This document shows positions 1-11,300 of a stretch of 64,000 nucleotides of DNA, in pieces. The DNA lies in IMG/VR virus record IMGVR_UViG_3300033141_004852, positions 1-64,000 of that record; one strand, 5' to 3'. The DNA is from a virus. The translations under genes and the position numbers were made by a program. How positions within the stretch are numbered: position 1 is the first letter of the stretch; the number at the start of each line of letters is the position of its first letter. Under the pieces are notes generated by a model that saw only the letters and a list, made by a program, of their open reading frames with translations, was not told where the DNA came from and did no database searches.

Positions 1-55
1 TATATCCAGGAGGGGGTTCTCATATCAGTGTCAGGAGGTATCGGTAGCGGGGGAC

Positions 56-562
56 TCAACGCCGTCGCGGGCGGAGATTCTCAATGTCAGGCAGACACGA
101 TTGGAAATCCTGCAATTTGGCGAACACGCGCTCGAACGGGAACGGGGTATCCGGGTAGTAGTATTCCCAGAGCGCGCGGGTATTCTCGCCGATAGATGCT
201 CCCTCACGAAGGACTGCCAGTCCCAATACAAAGAGGGAGAGAATGTACGACATGTGAAACAAGCGGTCCACGCAGGCACCGACGATGAATACAGCACCGT
301 AGAGCCCCACTTTGGTGAGCGTGCGCTGGACTCCCGCACTGGAGATACGGTGCTTGAATACCGCCATCGACGCCCATATTCCCAGCACGAAATCCAATAC
401 GAGGAACACCAGCAGAGTCTCCAGCAGATTTACCCACCCCGCGGGGGCGCCCAGAATGAAGTTGACACAGGCCGCGACAACAGCCGCGCCCGCGTACTTC
501 CACCAGGACCACGAGAACATCTTACCCGCGAAGCGAACTACGTCTTCCGGCGTACAGTCCAT
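56..562 (-). CDS. Phage holin (holin_4_1/TcdE-like)
   Basis: ATG 562 with AAAGGAGGT RBS; hydrophobic helices; LVLDFVLG..ISSAG..K and E.ASIGEN motifs; last gene of the tail operon. Confidence 0.8.
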   Translation of the reverse strand: MDCTPEDVVRFAGKMFSWSWWKYAGAAVVAACVNFILGAPAGWVNLLETLLVFLVLDFVLGIWASMAVFKHRISSAGVQRTLTKVGLYGAVFIVGACVDRLFHMSYILSLFVLGLAVLREGASIGENTRALWEYYYPDTPFPFERVFAKLQDFQSCLPDIENLRPRRR

Positions 563-575
563 ACGATACCTCCTT

Positions 576-959
576 TCAGTCCGAGTCAGGGGGAGCCTCC
601 ACCTCCGGTACGGGTGTAGATTCTCCTGTACCGAGCGCCTCCCATATCTGACCCAATACGATCCCGACGTACTGTAGAGCATTCTGCCTCGTGGCCACAC
701 GCAATAGATTGACCGCCGATTCCGTCGCGCGGAAGGGCCTTCCCGCCTTTTGTGCTCGACGAAGATGTTCGCAGAGGCGGTAGGCTAGGATCGCTTCACT
801 ACTACTTTGTGGGTGCATAGCACCCACTAAGCGTAGTAGCACATCCCCCAACGTGACTATTTGCTTACGGTCATCGATAAGTGGATCCCCTCCAAAGCCG
901 GTGATGGGGGTATCCAAGGCGATGACGCGCACTGTGTCCAGCAACATCTTCTCCTCCAT
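576..959 (-). CDS. Hypothetical protein, possible tail fibre assembly factor
   Basis: Tightly packed ORF downstream of the fibre gene. Confidence 0.55.
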   Translation of the reverse strand: MEEKMLLDTVRVIALDTPITGFGGDPLIDDRKQIVTLGDVLLRLVGAMHPQSSSEAILAYRLCEHLRRAQKAGRPFRATESAVNLLRVATRQNALQYVGIVLGQIWEALGTGESTPVPEVEAPPDSD

Positions 960-964
960 GATTT

Positions 965-1279
965 TCAGTCATCCTCCTTCTCTATATGTTCCGCATCGTG
1001 CTCCACGGTGATATGCCAGATACCCCCGGAGGGGGTTTCTATCCGAATACGGTGGCGGGAGCGGCCTCGGCGGGCTACCTCCTCCCCAGCATGGGTCCAC
1101 GCTTCCAAGAGGCGGTCCACGCGGTCTTGGGTCTTACGTACACGTACTGCTTCCAACACAGTCTGCAACCGCATGAGAGTGAATCGTAGTTGGCGGATGG
1201 TCGCCTGCCCAGTCGGACCAATTTGGCGAACAAAACGGTCGAAAGATGCTTCGATTTTTCGCAGATCAACGAATCGCAT
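965..1279 (-). CDS. Hypothetical protein
   Basis: In-operon ORF with G-rich RBS. Confidence 0.5.
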   Translation of the reverse strand: MRFVDLRKIEASFDRFVRQIGPTGQATIRQLRFTLMRLQTVLEAVRVRKTQDRVDRLLEAWTHAGEEVARRGRSRHRIRIETPSGGIWHITVEHDAEHIEKEDD

Positions 1280-1304
1280 TATCTTACCCCCAATTTCTTC
1301 TCGC

Positions 1305-1562
1305 TCACAGGGGCACCTCCTCTATCTCCGGCATCAACCGCGTTTCAAGTTTGCCTTCGGGCAACTCGGTCAAGGGCGGCGGCACTTCCGCCAACCGTTC
1401 CTCACGAATCGCCGATACCTTCGCGTCGAGCCGGTTCATCAGCCACGCGAAAGCCCGCGGGTATTCCTTCTGCATGTCGCGCAGAAGTGGGATTACCTGG
1501 CTGTCATTTCCCACAATTCTTCGTAGCGCATATAGCCGTGCGTGCATTCGGGTTTTGAACAA
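1305..1562 (-). CDS. Hypothetical protein
   Basis: TTG start preceded by CAGGAGGT inside the fibre gene 3' end. Confidence 0.55.
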   Translation of the reverse strand: MFKTRMHARLYALRRIVGNDSQVIPLLRDMQKEYPRAFAWLMNRLDAKVSAIREERLAEVPPPLTELPEGKLETRLMPEIEEVPL

Positions 1563-1563
1563 T

Positions 1564-3765
1564 TCAGACTACCTCCTGTATTACGAAATCACGTAGTTGC
1601 GAATATGCCGTTCCGCCCACTGGCGACACATGCTCAACCGTGCACTGTATCGTCTGCGCCGCGGTAGTATCCACAGACTGATTCCCCGAAAAGACTTTCA
1701 TCTGAATGTCAGGAGCGTTGATGCCCGAAGTATCCACCAGGGACTTCTGCTCTCCACTTGTAGGGTCGCTAGTGTGGTAGCCAGGTTTCCACATCTTCCC
1801 CCAGGCCTGCATATTCCCACTCACGCCCGTTGCCCGACAGGTCGCCAAACCCTCCAGTTCCCACCCTTGGTATCGCGCGGTGCCGTTCGTCTCCACCGTC
1901 CAAGACATCCGCGCCACCTCGACGCCCGCGACCTTTAGACGAATGATAATATCACCGCCGGTTGCTGCCCCACAGGGGGCATAGGAGATGCCGCGCGCCA
2001 CTACACGGAACCTCTTGCCAACCGCCCACAAATCAGTCGGGATGCTCCAGGAACCGCTAGCGAATGCCACCTCCGCAAATGAACCGCCGCTCTTCGTGTC
2101 CTCAGTCTGAACACTAGTCTGTTGGTACAAGGTTCTGACGAAGTTGCCGTTGGTGCCCCCGATGTAGCCTTGGAAATTGTTGTCATCTGAGGCCATCCCC
2201 AAGTCGCCCTCGCTACTCGGCGCGTCCGTCCCCGGCGTGAGGTTGAGCAGGTCCTTGTCGCGGTACAACTTCATCACGATTGAACCCGCCTCGCTGTTGT
2301 TGTGCCGACGCCAGATGTATTGGTTCAATCCACCGTCATATCCGACGGTGAATCCGTAGTTATCACTGAGTTCCCGATGCTTTATCATCGAGTCTTGCGT
2401 GCCGGTCTGGGTCCGCAACCAGATAGTAACATCGGTCGCCGAGTAGGTGCCGAGTGTCAGCGTGTACCCGCTCAGGCGCATTCTCTCGGAGGGTGAGCCT
2501 CCAGTATCAGTGAACCACGCAATATCGCCATACGCGTTCTTCATGGCGAAGTCGTTTGCGCTAGCGTGGCTGGAACCGTAGACGATGAGGTATGCGGCCC
2601 GCGTTGCGTTGTCCGTGCCCAGGCTTAGAATGGCATCGCTGGTGGCTCCCGTGGTCTCCACCCGCGCTTCCCTTCGGCCTGTTCCGTAGATATGCAGGTT
2701 TGTCGCAGGGCTGTCCGTCCCGATTCCGAGCCGCTTGTTGGTGTTGTCCCAGTAGAGGTTGTCGTTATCCTCGGATAGAAGCCCGCCCGAACCTATGAAC
2801 GGTACGCTCCCCTGCGTGAGGCCGGTTACCGTAATATCCTGTGCGGTCAACCCATAGGCGCCAAGGTCTACATCGCTGACCGCATTCTCGTAGGGGACAA
2901 ACAAGTATCGCAGGACTTCACTCGACGCGGGAATCTCCCACCTGGAGTCATAGTCTCCCTCGTAATAGAGCGTGATGCTCGGAGCGTTACCCGAACCGCT
3001 TACCCGCGCCCGAATCTTGCCGACAACCCGGCTTCCTGTATCGGGGTAGTAGTCATCGGTCAGCACTATCGGCGGAGCAAACTTGGTGATGCTCCCCCCA
3101 ACCTCATCGGAGTCAGCTGAGGTAGCAATCAGCACCTCCGAATCATCCGACTTCCGTTCGTACAACTCCCAGTATATCTGAAGGGTCTTGGTGCCCCCAG
3201 TCTTCTGCGCGTACATCGTAAAGTCATACACACCAGCAAGGAGTACCGGCGGGGTTGTGTCGGCCTCCGAAATCCAACCCTGGATGTAGTCGCCATCCGA
3301 CAGGCTGGCCTTTGACACGCTCTGCGTGCCGCCGCTGGAGGGTATGAGTTCGCATCGTTTGTAGTCGGAGACGCCAGAGGCGTCGTTATATGCGAAGTAT
3401 GCCGCGCCGAGCGATGTAACCGCCCTGTCCACATATCCCTTGGTGGTAGCTTGGAGTTCATCAACAGGGTCTCCCCCTAGCCACACAGCCTCAAACCTGG
3501 GGGAGCCCGTTGTGAGGAGTTCCGCCAACTGAGCATCGGGGGACGTGAGGTATCCGTAAGTTTCCGCACTGAGATGGTAGTATTCATCGGTTGCCCCGCC
3601 TTGGAGATCAGGGAGGGTATTGTGCAACCCCAACTCCGAGATGGGGATGGTAGTCTCCTCCTGAGGAACAAAGCCCAACTGCCCGCCCGCGGCGATACTC
3701 GTGGTGGTGTCCTTACCGCCACCGAGTACATCACGAAGTGTTTTCGGGTAGAGTGTGCGCCTCAT
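1564..3765 (-). CDS. Tail fibre / receptor-binding protein
   Basis: 733 aa, G/S/T rich; LQGG.DEYYHL and GSVPF..LYWDNTNKRLGIGTDSP..LHI fibre-type motifs; position after tail tip genes. Confidence 0.8.
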   Translation of the reverse strand: MRRTLYPKTLRDVLGGGKDTTTSIAAGGQLGFVPQEETTIPISELGLHNTLPDLQGGATDEYYHLSAETYGYLTSPDAQLAELLTTGSPRFEAVWLGGDPVDELQATTKGYVDRAVTSLGAAYFAYNDASGVSDYKRCELIPSSGGTQSVSKASLSDGDYIQGWISEADTTPPVLLAGVYDFTMYAQKTGGTKTLQIYWELYERKSDDSEVLIATSADSDEVGGSITKFAPPIVLTDDYYPDTGSRVVGKIRARVSGSGNAPSITLYYEGDYDSRWEIPASSEVLRYLFVPYENAVSDVDLGAYGLTAQDITVTGLTQGSVPFIGSGGLLSEDNDNLYWDNTNKRLGIGTDSPATNLHIYGTGRREARVETTGATSDAILSLGTDNATRAAYLIVYGSSHASANDFAMKNAYGDIAWFTDTGGSPSERMRLSGYTLTLGTYSATDVTIWLRTQTGTQDSMIKHRELSDNYGFTVGYDGGLNQYIWRRHNNSEAGSIVMKLYRDKDLLNLTPGTDAPSSEGDLGMASDDNNFQGYIGGTNGNFVRTLYQQTSVQTEDTKSGGSFAEVAFASGSWSIPTDLWAVGKRFRVVARGISYAPCGAATGGDIIIRLKVAGVEVARMSWTVETNGTARYQGWELEGLATCRATGVSGNMQAWGKMWKPGYHTSDPTSGEQKSLVDTSGINAPDIQMKVFSGNQSVDTTAAQTIQCTVEHVSPVGGTAYSQLRDFVIQEVV

Positions 3766-6700
3766 GGTAGCAAAATGATCTCCACACGAATAGATTCCCC
3801 ACTTCCACCGTGCATGGCGATGTCGTTGACTAGGTAGTAGTTATAGTCTAGGCCGTACATGTTCTGCACGTGAGTGGGAAGATACACTGTCTGCCCCAAA
3901 TCCACATCCGGTCTCAGGTCGGTGACGTGTACTTTCGCCGATAGACGCAGGAACTCGTGGAGGACGGTGAGGGCGCGGTAGTCCACCATCTCCTGTGTTA
4001 TCGCAGTGAGATCCACTGGCGACAACCAACTTTTCCATCCTAGGCGGGCTTGTAATGCTTGGTATTCAGCACTGTCGTAGGGTGCCGTCTGCCCGAGGAC
4101 GGCTTTCCCCCATAATGTATCCCCCATCCAGACTTTGATCTCCGCTAGCGGTGCCGTTGTTATACCCGTAGCGGTCTTTCCCCAGGAAAGTAGTGTAAAC
4201 CGCAAGCGGTCAGCATAGAGTTCCTCCCCGAAGGCACTCTTATCTACAGACCACTTCGGGCGTCCGAAGGCTACTCCGTCTGTCTCGTCGCAGAGAATCC
4301 GCCACGTGGGGTCGTCCACGGTTGTGTACTCAATACGGAACCGCGCTGATACCTGCGAATCCTGAACTTGCGCGGTCGTCGTGTAGACATCAATCGCCGA
4401 CAACTCCAACCGCGGGTAGATCTTCGTCACGCGGAAGCGAATCTTCCCCACATTCGTCAACCCCAGCTCACCATAACGGCGGAGACCGAGGGGGCCCGGG
4501 CCCACGTATATCAGCGGCTCCCACGCAGTCCCTCCGTAAGCCTGCCACTCGATGAGCCCCTCCCCGTGCATCAGGCAATGCATGTAGATGTTATCAATCG
4601 ACTGCCCGGACGCGTAGGAGATTTCGAAGCCCTCCTGCACCTTCGTGAACGTCATCCCCGTCGTGTAGTCATCATCCCCTAAATCGGCGGGGTCTCCAGA
4701 ACCGCCGCTGGCGGTGAAGGTCCCCGCGGGCTCAGACTCACTGAGTTCGTAGAGATCCAGTTGATAAAGTCGACCACCGCTCTGTGGGTATGAGGTAGCC
4801 GGACTTGAGTTTCGGATCCGCAGCTTCTGTACTGTCAGGTTCAAATTGGTGAAGGAGATTGTCTGTGGTGTACTAGTGTAGTTTGTCCCAGTCGCGACAG
4901 CGGTCCACAGTAATTGATTAGCACTTGACTTTATCTCAACGACGAAATTGTAGACGAGATCTGACACGCGCACATCAATGCGGTTTACTTTCCTCGGCGT
5001 TGAAAACGATACGTAGTCACCCTGTTGCCAAGGATAGTGACCGTAATAATAGATATCCTCACTTGTGGAATCGGAACCATCGGTCACTGCGTTGCCGTAA
5101 TCGTCATCCGACCACGTTACCCCCGCTGTCCCCGGCGTAATCGTGATACCGTTGTATGCTAACTGTTGCTTCGGTTCAAACTCGTTGACGACACACCGCT
5201 GCCGACTACCTGTCAAATCGATGACGAACAGCTGCTTCGGCAGGGTCACCCCCGACGCCAGCACCGAACCAAGATCCCGCACTGTGGATGCGTCCCCGTC
5301 CCCCAACCACGCGTACGTCTGATTTTCTTCATCGGGGTCATCGAGGTTGAGGAAGGCACCGCCGTTCGCCGCCAACGCAGCGTTGAAACGACTCCGAGCC
5401 TGTCCCCGATACTGAATCAGGGTCTTGATGTCATCGTCGTGGGGGACGGTGGGCGTCACGGTCAACCGCGTTTCATCCGCGATAGTGAAATCAGGAAGTC
5501 CGACCTGGAGGATGTCGTGGCGGGCTTCCAGTGCGCCATCTGCTGTCGCCCGCCATCGATAATTGGGGGGCGTGATGGGGCGTACATGTTGCTCCAGTAC
5601 CTCCGCTGGAGTCTGGTCGTCAGCGCTACTGATTCTGATTGGGCCGCATTGGATAGGATGCCCGGGGAGAATGTGGGATGCAGTCAAGTCCGCTCCCGTG
5701 CCCGAGACGATCTCCACCCGCAACCAGTACGCTTCCGGCACCGTTGCCGTATAGCGTCCCCGCGCCCACGCTGAGAGATCCTGATCCATCCAGGACCAGA
5801 CCCCACTTTGATGGAGATCCTGCGTCCCATCAAAATCGGGGGTGATCTCCACCCAGGCGGCGCCATCCCAGTAGTAGACCTTCGCCGCCGTGGTCGTGGC
5901 TGCATGTTCGGACGGCGAAGATAGATACCAATGCAAAGCGGGGAAACGTCGCGTCCGCAACCCCACGTAGAGATAATCGCCCTCCCGGAGTTGGATCCCA
6001 CTACCCTGACCCGCAGCATCCGCGGTGCGGTCGGTGCCCCCGCCGTCAAATGCGAGATCGGCGGGTTCCGGGTGTGTAGCATCCTCGATATTGGGGGAGA
6101 TGTAGCAGATCTTGTTCGCGTCGCCGCCATCGTCGCTGCCGCGGAACCCCGCCCAGTAAGCCATGTCCAATATGATGTCCCGCGGAGTGTTCATACGTAG
6201 AGTCGGATCAGTCCACAGATCCTCCCACATTGCCCAGCGGTAGTATTGTACCTCCAGGTGGTTGTTCGTCCCCACCATGTCGTGGAACCACCGCTTTCCG
6301 ATGCGAACAATCCCGTCCCCGAAGAGGACGCGCATATTCTCATCGTCGGGGACGACGAACTTCGTCGGATCCTCCTTCACGCGGAAGAGCGGCTTCGGTA
6401 GCGTCGCCCAGTTGACAGTGTGGTCAACTGGGTCGGTCCCATCATAGAAATCATAGTAGTCTACACCCTGGGGGTCTACACGCACCAACTCCACCCATGC
6501 ACCCCCACCGGGCTCCTCTATCTTGTCCGGCTCCAAGTTGCCAAAGTAGCGGCGCCGTTGGAGGAGCTTCATCACATCACGACACTCCACCAACCACGTC
6601 CCGGGGGCAGCGGGGTCCTCATTGGGCTCCACTTTGTCAATCAGAAACGTGCCCAGTTGGAGGCTCTCCGACTCTCCCCCACCCGCGATGTCTACCCAGA

Positions 6701-6986
6701 CCTGAATCATATCGCTGATTTGGAAACTCCGTAGGGTGGCATCGTCCATGTCGGCACGGAGTGTCAGAGAGAGCGTAGCACAGAGCTGGCGGATGCGTTT
6801 CTCCACCCGCCAATCCTGGACGTAGGAGGTGATGTCCGTCTCCGCGCCCTTCGTCGGCTGCACATAGCTGGGGTGGTTCGCGAAGTTGGTATCCCACGTC
6901 AGCGATATGAGGCGGAACCGTACTAGATATTGCAGCTCCGGTTGCTGGAGTATTCGTCTAATTCGTTCCTGGGTAGCACTCGCCAT
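3762..6986 (-). CDS. Central tail tip / baseplate hub protein with inserted beta-sandwich domains
   Basis: 1074 aa; LGTFLID..VECRDVMKLL hub-like N-terminus and RPDVDLGQTV C-terminus; second gene after tape measure. Confidence 0.7.
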   Translation of the reverse strand: MASATQERIRRILQQPELQYLVRFRLISLTWDTNFANHPSYVQPTKGAETDITSYVQDWRVEKRIRQLCATLSLTLRADMDDATLRSFQISDMIQVWVDIAGGGESESLQLGTFLIDKVEPNEDPAAPGTWLVECRDVMKLLQRRRYFGNLEPDKIEEPGGGAWVELVRVDPQGVDYYDFYDGTDPVDHTVNWATLPKPLFRVKEDPTKFVVPDDENMRVLFGDGIVRIGKRWFHDMVGTNNHLEVQYYRWAMWEDLWTDPTLRMNTPRDIILDMAYWAGFRGSDDGGDANKICYISPNIEDATHPEPADLAFDGGGTDRTADAAGQGSGIQLREGDYLYVGLRTRRFPALHWYLSSPSEHAATTTAAKVYYWDGAAWVEITPDFDGTQDLHQSGVWSWMDQDLSAWARGRYTATVPEAYWLRVEIVSGTGADLTASHILPGHPIQCGPIRISSADDQTPAEVLEQHVRPITPPNYRWRATADGALEARHDILQVGLPDFTIADETRLTVTPTVPHDDDIKTLIQYRGQARSRFNAALAANGGAFLNLDDPDEENQTYAWLGDGDASTVRDLGSVLASGVTLPKQLFVIDLTGSRQRCVVNEFEPKQQLAYNGITITPGTAGVTWSDDDYGNAVTDGSDSTSEDIYYYGHYPWQQGDYVSFSTPRKVNRIDVRVSDLVYNFVVEIKSSANQLLWTAVATGTNYTSTPQTISFTNLNLTVQKLRIRNSSPATSYPQSGGRLYQLDLYELSESEPAGTFTASGGSGDPADLGDDDYTTGMTFTKVQEGFEISYASGQSIDNIYMHCLMHGEGLIEWQAYGGTAWEPLIYVGPGPLGLRRYGELGLTNVGKIRFRVTKIYPRLELSAIDVYTTTAQVQDSQVSARFRIEYTTVDDPTWRILCDETDGVAFGRPKWSVDKSAFGEELYADRLRFTLLSWGKTATGITTAPLAEIKVWMGDTLWGKAVLGQTAPYDSAEYQALQARLGWKSWLSPVDLTAITQEMVDYRALTVLHEFLRLSAKVHVTDLRPDVDLGQTVYLPTHVQNMYGLDYNYYLVNDIAMHGGSGESIRVEIILLP

Positions 6987-6989
6987 GCT

Positions 6990-8363
6990 CTACTCCTCCA
7001 ACAAGTACAACAGGTTCTCAAATTGTACCCAGAGAGCGTAGTTGCCCGCGGCGATGACATCTCCCTTCGTGTACTGTTCGTCCTTTTCCCCGCCAGCGAA
7101 GTTCAACGTCGCTGCACCGCTGTGATCGTACTTCCCCCACAACTCCACGACGATGCGGTCTCCCTCCTGGATATGGATGTCGTCTGCGAGCGCGGCCCCG
7201 TTCGCCTCCGCCCAGATGTACTCTGTGCCCGCGGAGTCCTGCGGGCTACCTTCGAGAAGCGTTGTGCTGTCATAATTCGCGGAGGAGAGAGTCGCTACCC
7301 GTCCCACACCCGGGCGCCAGATGTAAACGAAGGCACAGAGAGTCAAGCCCTGTGTCGCCAGCGCATCCTCGCAGCCACCCACGTCGCAGGTAGTACCACG
7401 GGGGAGAATCTGCTCCGCTAGAGGATAGCTAACGTAGGACCCCCAGGGGTCGTAGTGTGTGGAGCCGTCGCCGGTAACGCTCTGGCTGGGGATATACTGC
7501 CCGGGGAGTGTGCTCGTCAGACCCCCCAGCACCGGCGTAGTCTGCCCATAGGCAGTCTGCCCCGCCTCCGGCGAGGATGGGTCGATGTCAGCCGCGGTGA
7601 TACCAGTCGGCGCCGTTCCCCCCAGGTGAAGCCGGTAAGCGCGCGTGACCGTCGGAAACGCCACCTCCTGAATCGTCAACCGAGCGGGGAAGCGCGGGTG
7701 CTCCCCCCAGGGGAAGGGTTCCATCGGGAACTCCATCAGGCGACCGTAGATGAGATGCTCGTACTCCGCGTACACCTCCCCCAGCTCCGGTAGTGTGGAG
7801 GGGAAGTACACACGCCCCTCACTGGCGTCAACCGTCACATTGAAGGTATCCGTAGTCCCCGTCCGCCCACCATACTGGTAGATGACGGTGCCGTTGCGGT
7901 CATAGAGGACCAGCGATTGCTCCACGAAGGGCCACACAGCCGTGTAATAATAGCCGTTGCCGTCCGTCCACAACGGGTCGCGATCCCTCCTCCGCATTGA
8001 GCCCCCATAAGGCTCCGCCGAAGCGGGGGGGATGTAGATGCCGATGTTCTTCCCCTGGTCTTGGTAGAGACGCAGGCGTCGGACGAACTCCGCATCGAGT
8101 ACTTCGGGGAACTCAATGTCCCAGAGAATCCTCTGTATACGCCGCGCCGACCACGCGGTGGCCATGTAGAGATGACGTGCGGGGGTGATAAGTTTCCCGA
8201 ATCCACTTTGCATCTGTACGTACTCGGAGGTAGACTGCGCCGTCCCCGAAATCTGGCTTGGGTTGACAGGCAGGAGATAGCGGTCGCGGGTCAGCGAGGC
8301 GAAATCCGCGAAGCACGTGGGTGCAATTCTCCCCGGGTAGCGATTGGAACCCTTAGCCAACAT
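6990..8363 (-). CDS. Distal tail (Dit-like) protein with extra domains
   Basis: ATG 8363 with GGGAGG RBS directly after the tape measure gene; call is positional. Confidence 0.55.
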   Translation of the reverse strand: MLAKGSNRYPGRIAPTCFADFASLTRDRYLLPVNPSQISGTAQSTSEYVQMQSGFGKLITPARHLYMATAWSARRIQRILWDIEFPEVLDAEFVRRLRLYQDQGKNIGIYIPPASAEPYGGSMRRRDRDPLWTDGNGYYYTAVWPFVEQSLVLYDRNGTVIYQYGGRTGTTDTFNVTVDASEGRVYFPSTLPELGEVYAEYEHLIYGRLMEFPMEPFPWGEHPRFPARLTIQEVAFPTVTRAYRLHLGGTAPTGITAADIDPSSPEAGQTAYGQTTPVLGGLTSTLPGQYIPSQSVTGDGSTHYDPWGSYVSYPLAEQILPRGTTCDVGGCEDALATQGLTLCAFVYIWRPGVGRVATLSSANYDSTTLLEGSPQDSAGTEYIWAEANGAALADDIHIQEGDRIVVELWGKYDHSGAATLNFAGGEKDEQYTKGDVIAAGNYALWVQFENLLYLLEE

Positions 8364-11300
8364 TGCCGATTTTCCTCCCCGAAGCCGTCTCAACTTCGAG
8401 ACGACGTGTCAATTCCCAATGTACCAGATTCGAGAGGCGGCGCGCATCCGTATGTGTGTACCCCGTCCCCTGGACGACGATGTTCAGACTCCCGATGACA
8501 GGTGCCGTCCGCCCCTCCCCAGAGAATCTATGCCAACGACTCATAGGCTGCCAAGTAGTCGTGGTCGGGGTGTATTCATAGGGGGTAATCTCCGCTCCAG
8601 CACCCCATGCAGGACCATAGGGGCCCCGTGCGAATCCAGCGTAGCCGAGAGCTCCGTAAAGAGGAGATACCGGCCACATGACATCCGGCGGCGTCCAGAT
8701 ACGCTCATACTGCTTCGGTGGCAACTGCTGGGTATCCTTCTTTTGCTTCTTCTTTCCAGCCAAACCCGCGAAAAAGCCTACAGCCGCACCAACAGGTCCC
8801 AAACTTGCTCCAGCGAGAGTCCCCAAGCTGTACCCAGCGAGGGCACCCGTCAGTGGATCCCCCGCTTGGTAGGCGCTGTAGACACCCAGGCCGGAAATGA
8901 CAGCCTTCCCCGCCTTCGTCTGGAAAAACCCCCGCTTTGAAGTCGCCGGAGCCCCCACAGCAGGGGCACCCTCCGCTGTAGCGGCGGTAGTTGCCTTCCG
9001 CGTCTCGGCAGTGTTCTGCACCGTCGCTATAGTATTCTCCGCCACCGCCCGCCCTAGGCGGGATATACTTTGTACCGCCAACCCCGCTAGGGGACCTACA
9101 ACAGTAGGTAGAGAAGTTATCTGCCCGCCTGCGGTCGCTGGAGGCGTGACCATGACGGCACCGCCGACTCCGGGGACAATACCTCCGCCGCTGAAAGTCG
9201 TGGCGGCGCTTTGGAATGCCTGCGTCAACGCCCCCAAAGCAGTGATGAGTTTCTCGCGCATGACCAACTCGCGCTCCCGCGAGGAGAGCTCGCGGCGTAT
9301 CTGAGTATCCATCATCGCAATACGAGGACCCAGGTCGGCCAAAGCCGCCTGCACGCGCTCGAATCCCGCGGCGATATTTGGCAACTTCTCCAACTGAGGA
9401 AGAGCGTACTGCCCAATACCAATCTGGGCAGCGAGTGCCTTCCCAGACTCGCGGCCGGCCGCGCGCTCCCGCGCCGCCATCAACTCCTCGAAGAAGGTCC
9501 CCATGTTCTCGCGGACAATGCGTTGCACCCACTCCTTGGTGATGTCGGCGAACATCTGGTGTACCGCCTGCCAGATGTCGCCCTCACCGCGGAATGCTTG
9601 TGTGATCGCGTCGGCGAAAGCGTCCGACATCCGCTCGATCCCCGCATACCACTCCTGGAGGAACCGCTCCGCATACCCTCGCAACTCATCGAAGTATTGG
9701 CGTCCGCGTTCGGTAGTTACCGGCCACTCCTGGAGCAGGCGCTGGAGTTCCTGCACGCGGTCGATAATGCGGTCGAACTCCGTGGGGAGATTCGCCCTCC
9801 GCATTTCTCCCGCTACCTTGAGTTGCCACTGCTCATAGTCCTGGCGGATTCTCGCCAAGGACTGCCATATTTGCAATTGTTCTGCAAGATTACCAGTTTC
9901 CTCGTAGCGTCGGCGGAGCTCCGCCGCCTGGGCTATAATGTCGTTCCCAGCGAAGTCAATCATAGCCATATTGTAGTCATGCTGGAGACGGAGAAGCTGC
10001 TCCCGGAGACTTACTTGCTCGCGGAGGACGGTCAACATCGCCCGCAGGTCCCCCACACGCTGTGCCTCCCGAAACTGCTCGTCGGCGATCTTCAGCATGG
10101 TCTGGTAGTCATCGACCTGGAGAGCATGAAACTCCCGATAATCGAGAACCAAATCACGTACCGTATCCCGAAATTGCTTGATAGCTTGTGTCGCTTGCAC
10201 CACGTTCTTCTGCGCGTCCAGGACTCGCATGGCGATGTCCCGCCAGTCATCTGACGACCCGCGGAGAGACTGGACGAGTTCCCACACAGTTTGTCCCCCA
10301 ACCCCGGGGATACTGCGGGCAATGTCCATCTCCGCACGGAGCCGTGCTTGGGCGGACTCCAGAGCCTGCTGGAGGAATCTGTATTGATCCATCGCGTACT
10401 TCCACCCAGCACCTGCCTGTGCCTGAGCAATCTGCTGCTCCAGCCGCATTTCCTCCTGGCGATAATCATGGAGTTTCTTCACATAATCTAGTTCGATCCG
10501 AAGAGTCTCCAGGATTTGGACCCGCGCCATGTACTCCACAGTCTGGGCGTCGGCGGTTTCCTTGCGGAGGCGCTCCATCTGCATCCGCAGGGCGTCGAGA
10601 CGCTGAGTCCGCTCTGCCTCGATAGCGGCGATACCACCCCGTGCCTGCTGCATAGCATAGAACCACTGGCGCCGGTAGGCGAGTGGGTAAGTTTCCTTGA
10701 AGAGGGTGCGCATCTGCTCCAAACGTGCGCGGGCATCGGCGAGCGCGGCCTTCGTCGCCGCGGAGATCCCCTTTGTCGCCATTGCGCGGTCGATTTCTTC
10801 CACAGCCTCCCGGCTGCGATCGGCCATGTCCTCCCAGCGTTGGGAAAACTGTTGAATGCGCGTGAACCACCGTCCGAGGACGGAGGCGTCTACTTGCTCC
10901 ATCGCCTGTCGGAGTTCGCGGGTGAGATTGAGGGCGCGTCGTACCAGGCGGTCGTAGGTTTGTACGCGCTTCCCCAGATTACCCAACGGGTCAGGCTCTG
11001 GTTCCGTCGGTTCGGGGATTCCCGCCTGCTCATGCTCCAGCTCGAGAATCAACAGGCGCGTCATCTCAATTTCAGCCTGGACTTGTTTTGTCTTCCCCGC
11101 GTACTCATCCAACTTTCCAAGTGCTTTCGCCAAATCTTGGGTGGCACCGTAGCTCTCTGCCCCAACCTTCTCCAAGGTATCTAGGAGATCTCGTGCCCCC
11201 CTCACCGTCTTCTCGATAGTATCCGGGAGTGGAGACTGACGTATACTCCATTCGGATTTCGGAGTGAAAGCACGTTTGACATCTTCAATTCGTTTGATTA

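Noticed and set aside
1564-6986. Diversity-generating retroelement targeting tail genes
   Set aside because: No reverse transcriptase and no template/variable repeat pair seen
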